A stretch of DNA of 64,000 nt, taken from assembly GCF_963921235.1 (NCBI RefSeq), contig NC_086109.1, positions 23,810,001-23,874,000 on the forward strand. Direction: 5' to 3'. The notes beneath the pieces were generated by a model. That model had not been told where the DNA came from, did no database searches, and saw nothing but the letters and a program-made list of their open reading frames with translations. Below, piece after piece: positions 36,883 to 49,789 of this stretch (position 1 is the stretch's first letter; every line of letters begins with the position of its first letter). The position numbers were made by a program, and so were the translations under genes. The stretch is from Mobula hypostoma. Its lineage: Eukaryota.

Positions 36883-38377
36883 GATGAAGCAGCTGCGGAG
36901 ATGGCTACTGAGGGTCTTGGACACAATTATGGAAGACTCAGCACCTCGAGTAGCATCTATGGAAGGGAATAAACATTTAATGTTTTGGGCCAAGCCCCTT
37001 CATCGGGGGATCTTCTGCACCTCTGATTGACAATTTAGAAGCCTGCTGTTGGTTATTAATGAAGCTGCTTGCTCACTTAATGTCCTTCTCCAACCACAAC
37101 CAGCTGAACAAGAGGGTAAAAAGAAAACATTGATAATGATTTCAAATGTCAATGTACATTTATTATCAAAGTACATACTGTATATGTCACCATACAATGC
37201 CATGAGGTTCATTTTCTAGCAGGAATTCACAGTAGAACAAAGAAATATAATGGACTCAACCCTACACACAAAGACTGACAACCACTGTGCAAAAGAAGAC
37301 AAAGGGTGCAAATACAAACAAAAACAAATAATAATGAGAACGTGATTTGTAGAGCCCTTGAACGCGAGTCATATGCTCTAAGGCTCCTCAAGGCAAACCC
37401 AGCTTCCAATGCTCACCTGTTGCTGCAGTTGCACAATGTTTGAAGAGGACTTTGAGACAAATTGGGACTCTTTGCCAAGATTTCACCAACACTCCATTAA
37501 CTCTTCATTTGGATTTTGAGGATTTCACCCAAAAAAGTGTGAGCATTGTGCTACTCAAGCTTCATAGGAGAAGTCAAAAGAAAGATAATACTTGAAGAAG
37601 GACAGCATGCTGGAGATCCCTCTTGATACTGTGCAGTACTGGAATAAAAGACAAGCAGAGCAGTGCTGGCAGCCATAGGAGAGAGAGGGGCAGGGAATAG
37701 CCACCTTCCTCTGGATATCCTTCACCAAATCACCAAGATCGTCTGCAGCTTTTCCCTTAGCTCCTGAAATATTCGGTTACACTAAACTCTGCATTGTTAG
37801 TGGAAATGGGTGGGTGGAAATTTCACACACCACTGACCCACATTGCTTCTAATCTCCAATTCTTCCAATTCAACAATTGAACTCCGAAATTACACACATT
37901 TTCTAAAACCAGACAGTCAAACCACTAAGCTTCATTTCATCTTTTCTAAAGTAAAAGTTTGTCCCACAAACTTAAGAGGAAGGAGGCACCTTTCTCAACT
38001 CAAACTAAAGAATAATGGTCTGGAGAGAGAAGTCTACTTCGTCACTTCTGGATCCTGTAGCAAAGCAGAGAGAACATGAACGTTGCAACAACAAGTAAGA
38101 AAATGCCGGGGCACCCACTTCTCTGCATTTGCTCCAGCCTCCTTAGTCTTTATGTGGGCCACTCATGCAGGAGCACGCCTATTTCAGTATTACATGGAGA
38201 AGAACTGTGTGAGCAGGCACCTGACGGACAAGCCCAGAAACTACCTCAGCAAGGTGCTCCTGAGGTGAAAACTTAACCCATAGGTGCTGTGTAACACTCT
38301 TTCAAATGTTTCATGGGTGCATTTCTTGAGGAACTATGAGTGGGATTGATGCTTTGTATGAGAATAGTCATGGGTTC

Positions 38378-39860
38378 ATAGAGTCACAGAACACAACACC
38401 ACAGAAAAAGGCCCATCAGCCCATCTAGTCCATCAACTGTACCCGGACCATTGCCCTCCACACGCCTCCTGTCGATGTACCTATCCAAATTTTGCTGAAA
38501 TGCTGAAATTGACCCCACATCCACCACTTCTGCTGGCAGCTCATTCCACTCTCTTACAAACCTCTGAGTGAAGCGGTTCCCCCTCATGTTCTCCTTATAT
38601 ATTTCACCTTTCACCCTCAACCCATGACCTCTAGTTGTTAGTCCTACCAACCTCAGTGGAAAAAGCCTGCTTGCATTTACCCTATCTATACTCTTCAAAT
38701 TTTTGTATACCTCTATCAAACCTCCCCTCAATCTTCTATATTCTAGGGAATAAAGTCTTAACCTATGCAACTTTTCCCTCTAACTCAGGTCTTCAAGTCC
38801 TGGCAACATCCTTGTAAATTTTCTCTGCACTCTTTTGATCTAATTCACATCTTTCCTGTAGGTAAGTGACCGAAATTGGACCCAACACTCCAAATTAGGC
38901 CTCACCAGCATCTTATACAATTACATCATAATAACCTGACTTCTGCACTCAAAACATTGATTTATGAATGCCAATGTGCAAAAAGCTTTCTTTACAACCT
39001 TATATACCTGTGATGCCACTTTAAAAAAATTATGGGTCTGTATTCCCAGATCCCTCTGTTCTACCACACCCCTCAGTGCCCTACCACTTACCATGTAAGA
39101 CCTACTTTGGTGGATCCTCCCAAAGTGCAACACCTTACACTTGTCTGTATTAAATTCCATCTACCATTATTCATCTGGTTTCACCAGCTGGTTCAGATCC
39201 CGCTGTAAGCTTTGATAATCTTCCTCATTCTCCATTATATCTCTAATTTTCATGTCATCAACAAATTTGCTGATCCAGTTTACCACATTATCATCCAGAT
39301 CATTGATATAGACAATAAAGAAGAACAGACCCAGCACCAGTCCCTGTGGCACATCACTATTCACAGGCCTCCAGTCAGACACTCAACCATCTACTACCAT
39401 GCTCTGGCTTCCACTGTGAAGTCAATGTCTAATTCAATTTACCACCTCATCTTGAATGCCAAGAGACTGCATCTTCTTGATCAACCTTCCATGTGGGACC
39501 TTGTCAAAGGCTTTGTTGAAGTCCATGTAGACAACATCCACTGCCTTCATCAACTTTCCTGGTAACTTCCTCAACAGCCTCGATAAGATTGGTTAGATAT
39601 GATCTCCAATGCACAAAGCCATGTTGACTATCCCTAATCAGTCCCTGTGTATCCAAATAATTATATATCCAGTCCCTTAGAATATCTTCCAATAACTTTC
39701 CCACCACTGATGTCAGGCTAACCAGCCTATAATTTTATGGCGTATTTTTAGAGCCTTTTTGAAATAATGGAACAACATTAGCAATCCTCCAATCGTCTGG
39801 GCACCTCACCTGAGGCTAAGGATATTTTAACTATTTCTGCACTTGCCTCCCACAGCAAGT
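38378..39860 (-). mobile_element. CR1 LINE RT fragment with 3' UTR
   Basis: RDSQHGF, VPQGLVLG..YINDLD..SKFVDDMK, FNTDKCKVLHFGR and TRGHGLRVKG in the supplied ORFs. Confidence 0.9.
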
Positions 39861-40114
39861 GTCTCAGGGTCCGCCCCTGAGCACGCTTCCCATCCCTGTT
39901 GGTTTGAGTGTCGAGTACGCAACTTGACCTTAAAAAACAAAGCTGCAAAAAGTATCTGTGTGAGGAGTGCCACGCCACACAGTCTCTCTCTCGCTCTGCA
40001 CCTTGAAAAAAGCTATGAAAAATCCATTATCACGGACGCACACACGGACACGCAGACGCACAGGCACGCACACGCACAGACTCGCATGCACGCAGGCACA
40101 CGCCAAAAAAAAAT

Positions 40115-40970
40115 AGAAAGGACTTAGAGGAGAATGGGCTAAGAAGTGGCAGATGGGATATAATGTCATGAAGTGTATGGTAATGCACTTTAGTGAAATA
40201 AAAGGGTTGTTTTTATTCTAAGTGGAGAGAAAATTAACACATTTCAGGTGCAAAGGAACTTGGGAATCCTTGTGCAGGATTCCCTAAAGGTTAATTTGCA
40301 GATTGAGTCAGTAGTGAAGAAGGCAAAAGCGATGTTAGCATTCGTTTCAAGAGGACTAGGATTCAAAAGCAAAGATGTAACATTGAGACTTTGCAAAGCA
40401 CTGGTGAGACCTCATTTTAAGTATTGTGAGCAGTTTTGGGTCCCTTACCTAAGAAAGCATGTGCTGATATTGGAGAGGGTTCAAATAAGGTTCACTAAAC
40501 TGACTCCAGGATTGAACAGCTTGTCATATGAAGAGCATTTAATGGCTCTGGGCCTGTATTCACTGGAATTCAGAAGAATGAGGAGTCACCTCATTGAAAC
40601 CTATCAAATGCTGAAAGACCTCAATAGAGTGGATGTGGAGAGGATGTTTCCTATGGTGAGAGAGACTAAGAACAGAGGACGCAGCCTCAGAATAGAGGGG
40701 CGTCCTTTTAGAATGGAGTTGAAGAGGAATATCTTTAGCCAGAAACTGGTGAATCTGTGGAATGCGTTGTCACAGGCAGGTGCTTAGGCCATGTCATCGG
40801 GAATACTTAAGGCAGAGGTTGATAGACTCTTGATTGGTCAGGGCATGAAGGGATACGGGGAGAAGGCAGGAGATTGGGACTGAGAGGGAAATGGATCAGC
40901 CTTGATGGAATGGCGGAGCATACTTGATGGGCCAAATGGCCTAATTCTGCTCCTATATCTTATGCTCTTA
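40115..40970 (+). mobile_element. CR1 LINE 3' fragment
   Basis: ORF 40248-40787 (LCKALVRPHFKYCEQFW) and 3' UTR ending ...CTCCTATATCTTATG. Confidence 0.9.
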
Positions 40971-41014
40971 TATCCACTACCTCCCACCTTCCACAAAACA
41001 ATCAGCTCTAATAC

Positions 41015-44000
41015 TCAAATGGCAAAATAGTACAAAGCAAATGTAAAACCAAAACAGAGGGCAGACAACAAAGCAAAAATTAGTGGGAAGATAAAGGATT
41101 TGGAAGCTTTTAAAAACCTACAGAGAGCAACTGAAAGAATCATTAGAAGGAAAAGGGTGAAATATGAAAGCAAGCTAGCAAACAATATCAAAGTCGACAG
41201 TAAAAGCTTTATCAAGTATGTAAAAAATAGAGAGATAAAAGTGGATATAGGACTGCTAGAAAATGAGGCAGAAGAAATAACAATGGGAGATAAGGGGATG
41301 GCATATGAACTAAATGAGTATTTTGCATCAGTCTTCACTGTGGAGGACACTAGCAGTGTGCCAGATGTTGAAGTGTGTGAAGGAAGAGAAGTGAGTGCAG
41401 TTACTATTACAAGGGAGAAGGTGAACAAAAAGCTGAAAGACCTAAGGGTATATAAGTCACCAGGACCAGATGAAATGCATCCTAGGGTTCTGAAAGAGGT
41501 AGCATTAGTGATTGTGGCAGCATTAGCAATGATCTTTCAATATCATTGGACTCTGGCAGAGGACTGGAAAATTGCAAATGTCACTCCACTCTTTAAGAAA
41601 GGAGGAAGGCTGCAGAAAGGAAATTATAGACCAGTTAGCCTGATCTCAGGGGTTGGGAAGATGTTTGAGTCGATTGTTAAGGATGAGGTTATGGTGTACT
41701 TGGTGACACAGGACGAGATAGGACAAAGTCAGCATGGTTTCCTTAAGGGAAAATCTTGCCTGACGACCCTGTTGGAATTCTTTGAGGTGATTACAAGTTG
41801 GATAAATAAAGGGGATGCATTGGTGTTGTATATTTGGACTTTCAGAAGGCTTTTGACAAGGTGCCACACATGAGTATGCTTACCAAGTTAAGAGTCCATG
41901 GTATTATGGGAATGTTACTGACATGGTCAGAGCATTGAATGATTGGTAGGAGGCAACAAGTGGAAATAAAAGGATCCTTGTCTGGTTGGCTGATGGTGAC
42001 CAGTGGTGTTTCGTAGGGGTGGGTTTTGGGACCATTTTTTACGCTGCATATCAAAGATTTAGATCAGCAGTCCCCAACCACCGGGCCGCGGACCGGTACC
42101 GGGCCGCAAAGCATATGCTACCAGGCCGCGAGGGAACGATATGATTTGGCGATATGAGTCAGCTGCACCTTTCCTCATTTCTTGTCACGCCCACTGTTGA
42201 GCTTGAATGCACACGAGGTCATTACGCATGCGTCATCCATGTCAGTGCGGGAAGGAGATCAAATCCTTGAGCTTGCAAATGACGGTGGGCTGAAAAGCAT
42301 GTTTGACATAACATCTCTGCCGGCATTCTGGATCAAAGTCAAAGCTAACTATCCTGAGATAGCCACGAAAGCACTGAAAACGTTGTTTTCATTTCCAACA
42401 TATCTTTGCAATGAATGCAATGAAAACTAAATTGCAGAATAGACTGGACATAAGGAACCCCCTTCGTGTATCGCTGTCTCCCTTCACCCCTCGATAGGAC
42501 CGTGTTGTTGCAGGAAAACAAGCCCAGGGCTCCTACTGATTCAGCGATATTGGTGTGTTGCAATGATTTTATACGTTCATACGGGGAAAATATTTGCTGT
42601 GTGTTAATATCCAAACATTACTTAAAATGATATGATGCTATTGACTTACTTATATAACCACATAACAATTACAGCACGGAAACAGGCCATCTCTGCCCTT
42701 CTAGTCCGTGCCGAACGCTACTCTCACGTAGTCCCACCGACCTGCACTCAGCCCATGACCCTCCATTCCTTTCCTGTCCATATACCTATCCAATTTTTCT
42801 TTAAATGATAATACCGAACCTGCCTCTACCACTTCTACTGGAAGTTCGTTCAAAACTTACTTCAAGCTCCCCTGATAATTGACTTATCGTTATATTCATG
42901 CGAGGAAAATATGCGCTGTGTGTTTAATATTAAATTCATTAGATAAACCCTTTTAGAAACGAAATTGAGTGTATTAGCCACTTATCACCTATATTGTGTT
43001 CATGATTAACACCCCCCCCCGAACAGATTCGCCAAGAATGGTTTGTAGAAAAAAATCGGCACATACACGCATGCGCAAATCACGCATTCACACTGGTGCC
43101 CGCGCAAGGCTTCATGGTCATTGTAGTCTTTCTCGGGGTAAACCCAACGTATTTTACTTGAACTTCCAGCATCTGCAGAATTCCTGTTGTTTGCGTATTT
43201 TACTGCTACTCTTGTTCGTTGGCATCCCTCCCCCCGCCCCCCACCACCCCGGTCGGCCGGTCTGCAAGAATATTGTCAATATGAAACCGGTCTGCAGTGC
43301 GAAAAAGTTTGGGGACCCCTGATTTAGATGATGGAATAGATGGCTTTGTTGCCAAGTTTGCAGAAGATATAAAGATTGGTGGAGTGGCAGGTAGTGTTGA
43401 GGAAACAGGTAGACTGAAGAAGGATTTAGACAGATTAGGAGAATGGACAAGGAAGTGGCAAATGAAATACAATCTTGGAAAATGCATGGTCATGCATTTT
43501 GGTAGTAGAACTAAATGTGCAGACTATTTTCTAAATGTGGAGAAAATCCAAAAATCTTAGATGCAAAGGGACTTGGGAGTCCTCGTACAGAACATCCTAA
43601 AGGTTAACTTGCAGATTGAGTCGGTGGTGAAGAAGGCAAATGCAATGTTAGCATTCATTTCAGGAGGTCTTTGATACAAGAGCAGGGGATGCTGAGGATT
43701 TATAAGGCACTGGTGAGGACTCACCTTGAGTATTGTGAACAGTTTTGGGCTCCTCATTTAAGAAAAGATGTGTTCACATTGGCGAGGGTCCAGAGGTGGT
43801 TCACAAGAATGGTTCTGGGAATGAAAGGGTTATCATACAAGGAACGTTTGATGGCTCTGGGTCTGTACTTGCTGGAATTTAGAAGGATGAGGGGGGAAAT
43901 CTCATTGAAACCTTTCGAATGTTGAAACGCCTAGACAGAGTAGATGTGGAAAGGATGTTTCCCATGGTGGGGGAGTCTAGAACAAGAGGGCACAGCATCA

Positions 44001-44272
44001 GGCTAGAGGGATTTTAAAATAGAGAATTGTTGAAATTTCTTTAGCCTGAGGGTGGTGAATTTGTGGAATTTTTTTTACCACAGGCAGCTGTGGAGGCCAG
44101 GGCGTTAGGTGTATTTAAGACAGAGCTTGATAGGTTTTTGATTGGACACGGCATCAAAGGTTATGGGGAGAAGACTGGGGAATGGGGTTGAGAAGGGGAA
44201 AAAAGGATCAGCCATGATTGAATGGCGGAGCAGACTCGATGGGCCAAATGGCCAAATCATGCTCCTATATCT
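41015..44272 (+). mobile_element. CR1 LINE ORF2 (tether and RT) interrupted by a hAT element
   Basis: KSPGPDEMHPRVLKE, GNYRPVSL and QHGFLKGKSC (41100-41873). Resumes DLDDGIDGFVAKFAEDIK after 43321. Confidence 0.92.
42065..43321 (+). mobile_element. hAT (Charlie/Buster-like) non-autonomous element with transposase C-terminal remnant and internal nested fragments
   Basis: TIRs CAGCAGTCCCCAACC and GTTTGGGGACCCCTG. Perfect 8-bp TSD ATTTAGAT at 42057-42064 and 43322-43329. Peptide LPAFWIKVKANYPEIATKALKTLFSFPTYLC. Confidence 0.93.
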
Positions 44273-44699
44273 TTTCTTTACGCTACCCAGCTCAGTCACA
44301 TCACCCATTACCATCTCAACAGCCAATCACCAGCAACTCACACAATATTGTGATCTGACCTTTTGGAGCCCTACTATTTGATGTTTTAACCCTCACCACA
44401 AAGAATTTTCCACATCTGCCTACCCTGCATGCCCACCGATACTGTAGGAAAGGCTCCCAGAATAAGCAAGCAAGACTGACTCTACAACAAATGGGCATTC
44501 TGCACGGCAGCATTGTACAACAAGTCCTCATGAAAACATTCCTGCTATGCCACGCATTGCCGATTTAACATGCCTTTCCAGAAAATCTTCCACAGCATTA
44601 GTGGATAAAATTACGATTAATATCAGCAGTGGGAGGAACTCATAAATGGACAAAACCTACACATGGAAGTAGGGAAAATGATTGGATAGATTGGATAAA

Positions 44700-45230
44700 G
44701 ACCATAAGGCATAGGAGCAGAATTAGGCTAATTGGCCCATTGAATCATTGAATCTGTTCCTCCATTTCATTATGGCTGATCCATTTTCCCTCTCAGCCCA
44801 ATCTCCTGTCTTCTCCCACTATTCTTTCATGCCCTGACTAATCAAGAATCTATCAACTTCTGCCTTAAATATACCCAACTCCACAGTCACCTGTTGCAAC
44901 GAATTCCACAGATGCACCATTCTCTGGACAAAGAAATTCCTCCTCATCTCGATTCTAACAGGACTCCCCTCTATTTTGATGCTGGTCATACACCCCACAC
45001 CATAGGAAACATCCTCTTCACATCCACTCTATTGAGGTCTTTCAACATTTGATAGGTTTTAATGGGGTCACACCTCATTCTTCTGAATTCCAGTGAACTG
45101 AGGCTCAGAGCCATCAAACGCTCCTCATACGACAAGCCTTTCAATCTTGGAATCATTTTCATGAACCTCCTTTGAACTCTCTACAATGTCAACACATCCT
45201 TTCTTCGATAAGGGGCCCAAAAATGTTCAC
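44700..45230 (-). mobile_element. CR1 3' fragment
   Basis: Reverse complement of the CR1 RT C-terminus and 3' UTR seen at 40440-40970. Confidence 0.8.
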
Positions 45231-45559
45231 AATGGCATGTGGAAGGATACTTGATGGATGGTTATCATTCATTATAGAACAAAAATTCGACAGCAGTGGA
45301 ATAAACAGCCTTGAATCTATTAACCATATGAAAATCCAGTGGATAAAATCCGTCATTGCTCTGTTATTCAACAACACTGTCTTTAGTTGATTGAGAACCT
45401 CAGGCCAGACACAAAACTCGTGGTCTTACAGGCAGTAATAAAGCTTTCCTCCAACATGATTCTGCAACTTAGACTATATACATAGACAACTCTAAAAATG
45501 ATTAAAATGTCACCAGTGCTGCCTCTGGAAGAATAGGCAAGCTAGCATTAGTGTACTCT

Positions 45560-46225
45560 CCCAGGCCACCAGTCCCTGCACTTACATTCACTAAGCTCGA
45601 TTGGGCAAAACGTGCTATTTGACTGTCCAATATCAGGCTCCTGAAGCAAACCTTTCATCCTGTGCTCAGTTGTTCAAGGATTCGCTCCAAACCTCCTTGA
45701 AATATTGCAACATCTCCATTGATTGCTGGGAATCGGAATCAGGTTCATTATTAGTCTTTTATGATGTGAAATGTGTCACCTTTGTACAGTGCAAAGACAT
45801 AAAATTATTATAACTTACTAAATAAATGAATAAATAGCGCAAAGCAGGAATAGCGAGTGTTCATGGATTTACACAGCATTCTGAAATCTCATGGTGGAGG
45901 GGAAGAACTGTTTCTGAATCATTGAGACTGTGTCATCTCGCTCCTGAAACTCCTCCTTGATGGGACTAGCGAGAAGACTAGAGGCTCAAAGTGCAGGACG
46001 AGCATTCAGGTCGGCACTTAAGTCTATGCCCTGAGATCTTTCAAAAGCTGCGTGTAACTGACAGAGGGAGTAAAGCACCTCACAATCTACCCACCCTTTA
46101 GTCCAAATCCCAGAAGCTCCTCCTGTCCTTTGCGTGGAAGAGCCTGTGTTTCCAACATTGGCCTCATGAATTACCTCAGAACCCACAAAACTGGAATGGA
46201 AGCAAATCATTTACAATCCTGAGGC
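45560..46225 (+). mobile_element. Decayed RTE-type LINE 3' end with a nested minus-strand Rex 3' fragment (about 45735-45985)
   Basis: CPLRGRACVSNIGLMNYLRTHK near 46125-46190 resembles the RTE C-terminal Cys/His motif. Confidence 0.5.
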
Positions 46226-49200
46226 ACAAAAGGCGTAGTCGGATAAAGTCTTGTGGTACTATTTTTGCAGTGTTTTGCAAGTTTCCATTTTCATTCCTTA
46301 ATAAAGCAGCAATTTCAACATTTATCGAACATGTTTATTACAACTCCATTTTTAGTTCTGTGAGACAAACACTACCAAGCTAAAAACAAAAAACACTTTC
46401 TGCTCAAATGGATTTTTTTTTCTAAATATGTTTGTCATTTCAATTGCAGCTGTGTTTAACGGTAATATCAGACTGCAATTTTATAAGGGACCACACATCT
46501 CACTATGTATTTTCTTGAGTGTGAATCAAGGATAATTATGAGTAATTTTGCAATCTGAATATCTAAAAGTAGCAATGCACATTTTTTTGAAATTCTTAAT
46601 TTCAGTGATTTTGTTTGTAGGTTCCATTGCCTGCCAGTCTTGGTGTCAGTTGGGGAAAAAAATTAAGCTTTCATTATTTTTTTTAATTGCAAACCCTCAG
46701 ATGACATCAAGGCCTCAGAGTTTTAGCTGAAAGGAACAAAACCAATTTGGAAAAAGCAGTTAGGTGACAGGGATCATACCGTTTCAAAAGCTGTACTGAT
46801 GCTATAATTGAGCTTTAGTCCTGAGAACGACTTAGTTAAGAAGCAAGTTGTGATGCGACATTGGCAGGAATGTACGTTCGGAGCTAAGCAGGCACAAGAA
46901 AGAAAGCTACAGAGAAGGCTGATTCTCATAGTTAAAGACCAGAAAGATTGTAATGGAAGATCAAAAGTATCAAGATTCATTGATCGTCAAAATACATATA
47001 TGCATAATAGATTACATCTTAAGAGGCGGCAAATTGGTTTCTGAAGACACAGGATGGCCGACTATCTCTTTCCCTCTATAAATGCTGCCTGATCTGCTGA
47101 GTTCCTCCAGCATTTTGTTTCTTTAACCCTATTAGGTTCATGCCAATGGGCTTAGAAATTAACACTACACCTCTTCCTTTCTGCCATCATGGACCAACTT
47201 TGGTCCAGAGTGAGAAAAAGGCCAACAGGGGCTGGGGGAATTTGGGTAGAGATTTTAGATTGATCATTGGATAAATGGGATCTTGGAGGAGGCAGCCAGG
47301 CCCAGGGATGTTTGCTTTGTTATTGCCACCTTGTGGAGCATGAAGGGTGGGAAGTGGAGATTGGGGTCATCACTGAAGAATGCAGCGCTAGGGTTGACTG
47401 TGCAAATTGAAGGATTTGGGCGAAGGAAGATAAATAGAATTGGAGCCAGAGCCATTTCAATGTTGGAACCAGGTGCATTCAAGGGGTTTTTGATCAGGGA
47501 ATGAAATCGATGTGTGAGGGTTATACAAAGACAGGAAGGTTTAGACAGAAACTAAGTGAATGGAGTTCCCGCACTAGAATCTCAGTACACTACATTGCTA
47601 ACAAAATTTAGCTGTGCTAGGAGGGAGCAATTATGATTGTTCTAATCTCCCTGACAATCATCCAAAAGACACATTTGTCAGGGACTAATATTACTTGCTG
47701 TATTTCTCATGCAAGAGTCATGCAAGCTTCTGTTGAAGGCAGAACAACATTGACCAACTGAAATTCAAAGCATCTGGCTCTGTCCACCTGGCAATCTGAA
47801 GAATGTGAGAACCTGTTGTCCCAGAAAATCGAAGGAAGGGTTGAACTCCAAGAAGATATCAAAAATAAGGTTCCACCCCAACACCAATGGTTACTACCTT
47901 TTCATGACTGGTCATCTGAAATGAGAGCGATAGTCTGCAATTATTCTAGCTTCAAAGAGAGTTCCCCCAAGAATATTCCTAATAATCTAACTTTCTCCCC
48001 TCTGACTCTCTTATCCCCATAAAGACTGAGCAATACAGTAAACAGACAAGCCTGTCCTGACCATGAGGATTTGGTGGGATCAAAAGTGAGGTTTTATATG
48101 GAAAAACTGTCTTTTTTACTTTGATCCTCTACACTTCTAAACACAATTTGGCAGCAGTTTACACCTTTCTATTAAATTCTTTAATAAAGCCATCAGCTGA
48201 CAATTAGCTGCCACACAATGTCAAAGTCACTTCACGTGTTTCTGAATGACACAAAAAACCATGCCTGCTTTTAATCTGAGCATATGCAAAATTATTGTGG
48301 TCAGCTACACCTCAATGCCTGCTCTGCCAAAACTTATTAGAAATTCAGTATCGTTTAATCCTGTTGGAACCTAGCCCAGACTGCTGGGAGTGAAACTGGC
48401 CATGTGCTGCCTATTATGTGTTTTGTAGACAATGTCCGTCCAGTTTCTCCTGAATCTCCAGGACATAACAGCCTCTGAGAGGCCTTGCTGGACAGGCTAT
48501 TGACGGTGCTTCACATTTTCCAAACCACCCTGCTGGGGGTTTGGTGGTTTCTGTATCTAACCTGAGCTGTGCACAGTCCAAAACCGATGTTAAAAGTAGA
48601 ATTCTCCCTGTTCCTGCACCCCCATCTTTCATCCAGATGACCATTAATCTCACCAGAAGAAAACTAAGTTCTGCAGTCCAGTCCCACTTATGCCAAAAAA
48701 ACAGGAAACATCTGAGTCAGAGGCTTTCTTGGCAGCAAAAGTGTCAACAGGAATGGTGTCACCTGATTTCTTTAAACACCTGAACAGAGCAGCTCACTGG
48801 AGGCAATGCCGTCTGGGTGTAAAAGCATTCAGGAAAAATATTTATTTGCCTGTCACACCCAAAGCTAAATATTGAATGCACATGGAACCACAAATCTTGA
48901 TCTGTTTAGAAATATCTGCCATTTATTCCTCTAATCAGTTTTTGGAACTAAAGCCAAAAGAAAAAGAAGGGGAGAATTAAAATGATGTGGGATAACTTAA
49001 GAGGAGAATTCTCCTTCTCAAAGACATCCTTTGGTATATTTCCACTACCGTCAACACTCTACATGGAAGCATCTAAACAATTACTGGCTACAGACCTTTC
49101 TACAATGGAAAGCACCCGGTTAATTCCACCTTCATCTGCCATCTATACTTTCAGCGTGAGGTCACAAGCTAGCAATCAATCGCAGAGTCCCTTGCTAATC

Positions 49201-49257
49201 CTTCATGGAGCATAGGCTACATAGAACACCTCATTTGGAATGAAAAAAATAGTAGTC

Positions 49258-49395
49258 ACAAACACAAGAAAATCTGCAGATGCTGGAAACCCAAAGCAAC
49301 ACACACAAAATACTGGAGGAACTCAGCAAGACAGGCAGCATCTATGGAAATGAATAAACAGTCAATGTTTCGGGCTGAGACCTTTCCTCAGGACT
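49258..49395 (-). mobile_element. PLE pLTR fragment ending at a degenerate hammerhead
   Basis: Minus strand AGTCCTGAGGAAAGGTCTCAGCCCGAAACATTGACT. Confidence 0.8.
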
Positions 49396-49789
49396 CACCG
49401 AATAGAGGTAGAGACCATGAGAAAAATGTATTATCATTAAACCTATTTAGTCCATGAATGTTCTTCTGGGATGGAAGTGTGCTGTCCTTACTGTACCTGA
49501 CTTCTTATGTGACTCCAGGATCCAGCAGTTGAATCTTAACTAGCTCCTCACCTTTGGGGATTTTAGTGAGGGGGCAATAAATGCTTGCATTGCCAATACT
49601 GCCATCATCTTGTAAACACATTTTTTTAAAATAAAAGATAAATCAGCATAGTTCTGAACCTGGAGGATTGCTCATTTAAGTTTTTGTCCAGCTAGGAATT
49701 ATGTACAATATAAACAAGTTGGCTGATGGTGAAAGCCAACAAACACTTCCTGACTAAAACGGGTGACATTCCTCACACCTTGGTATCAC

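Noticed and set aside
37400..38280. Short ORFs as host exons
   Set aside because: No convincing splice-site pairs; more likely an old decayed LINE remnant that I cannot classify.
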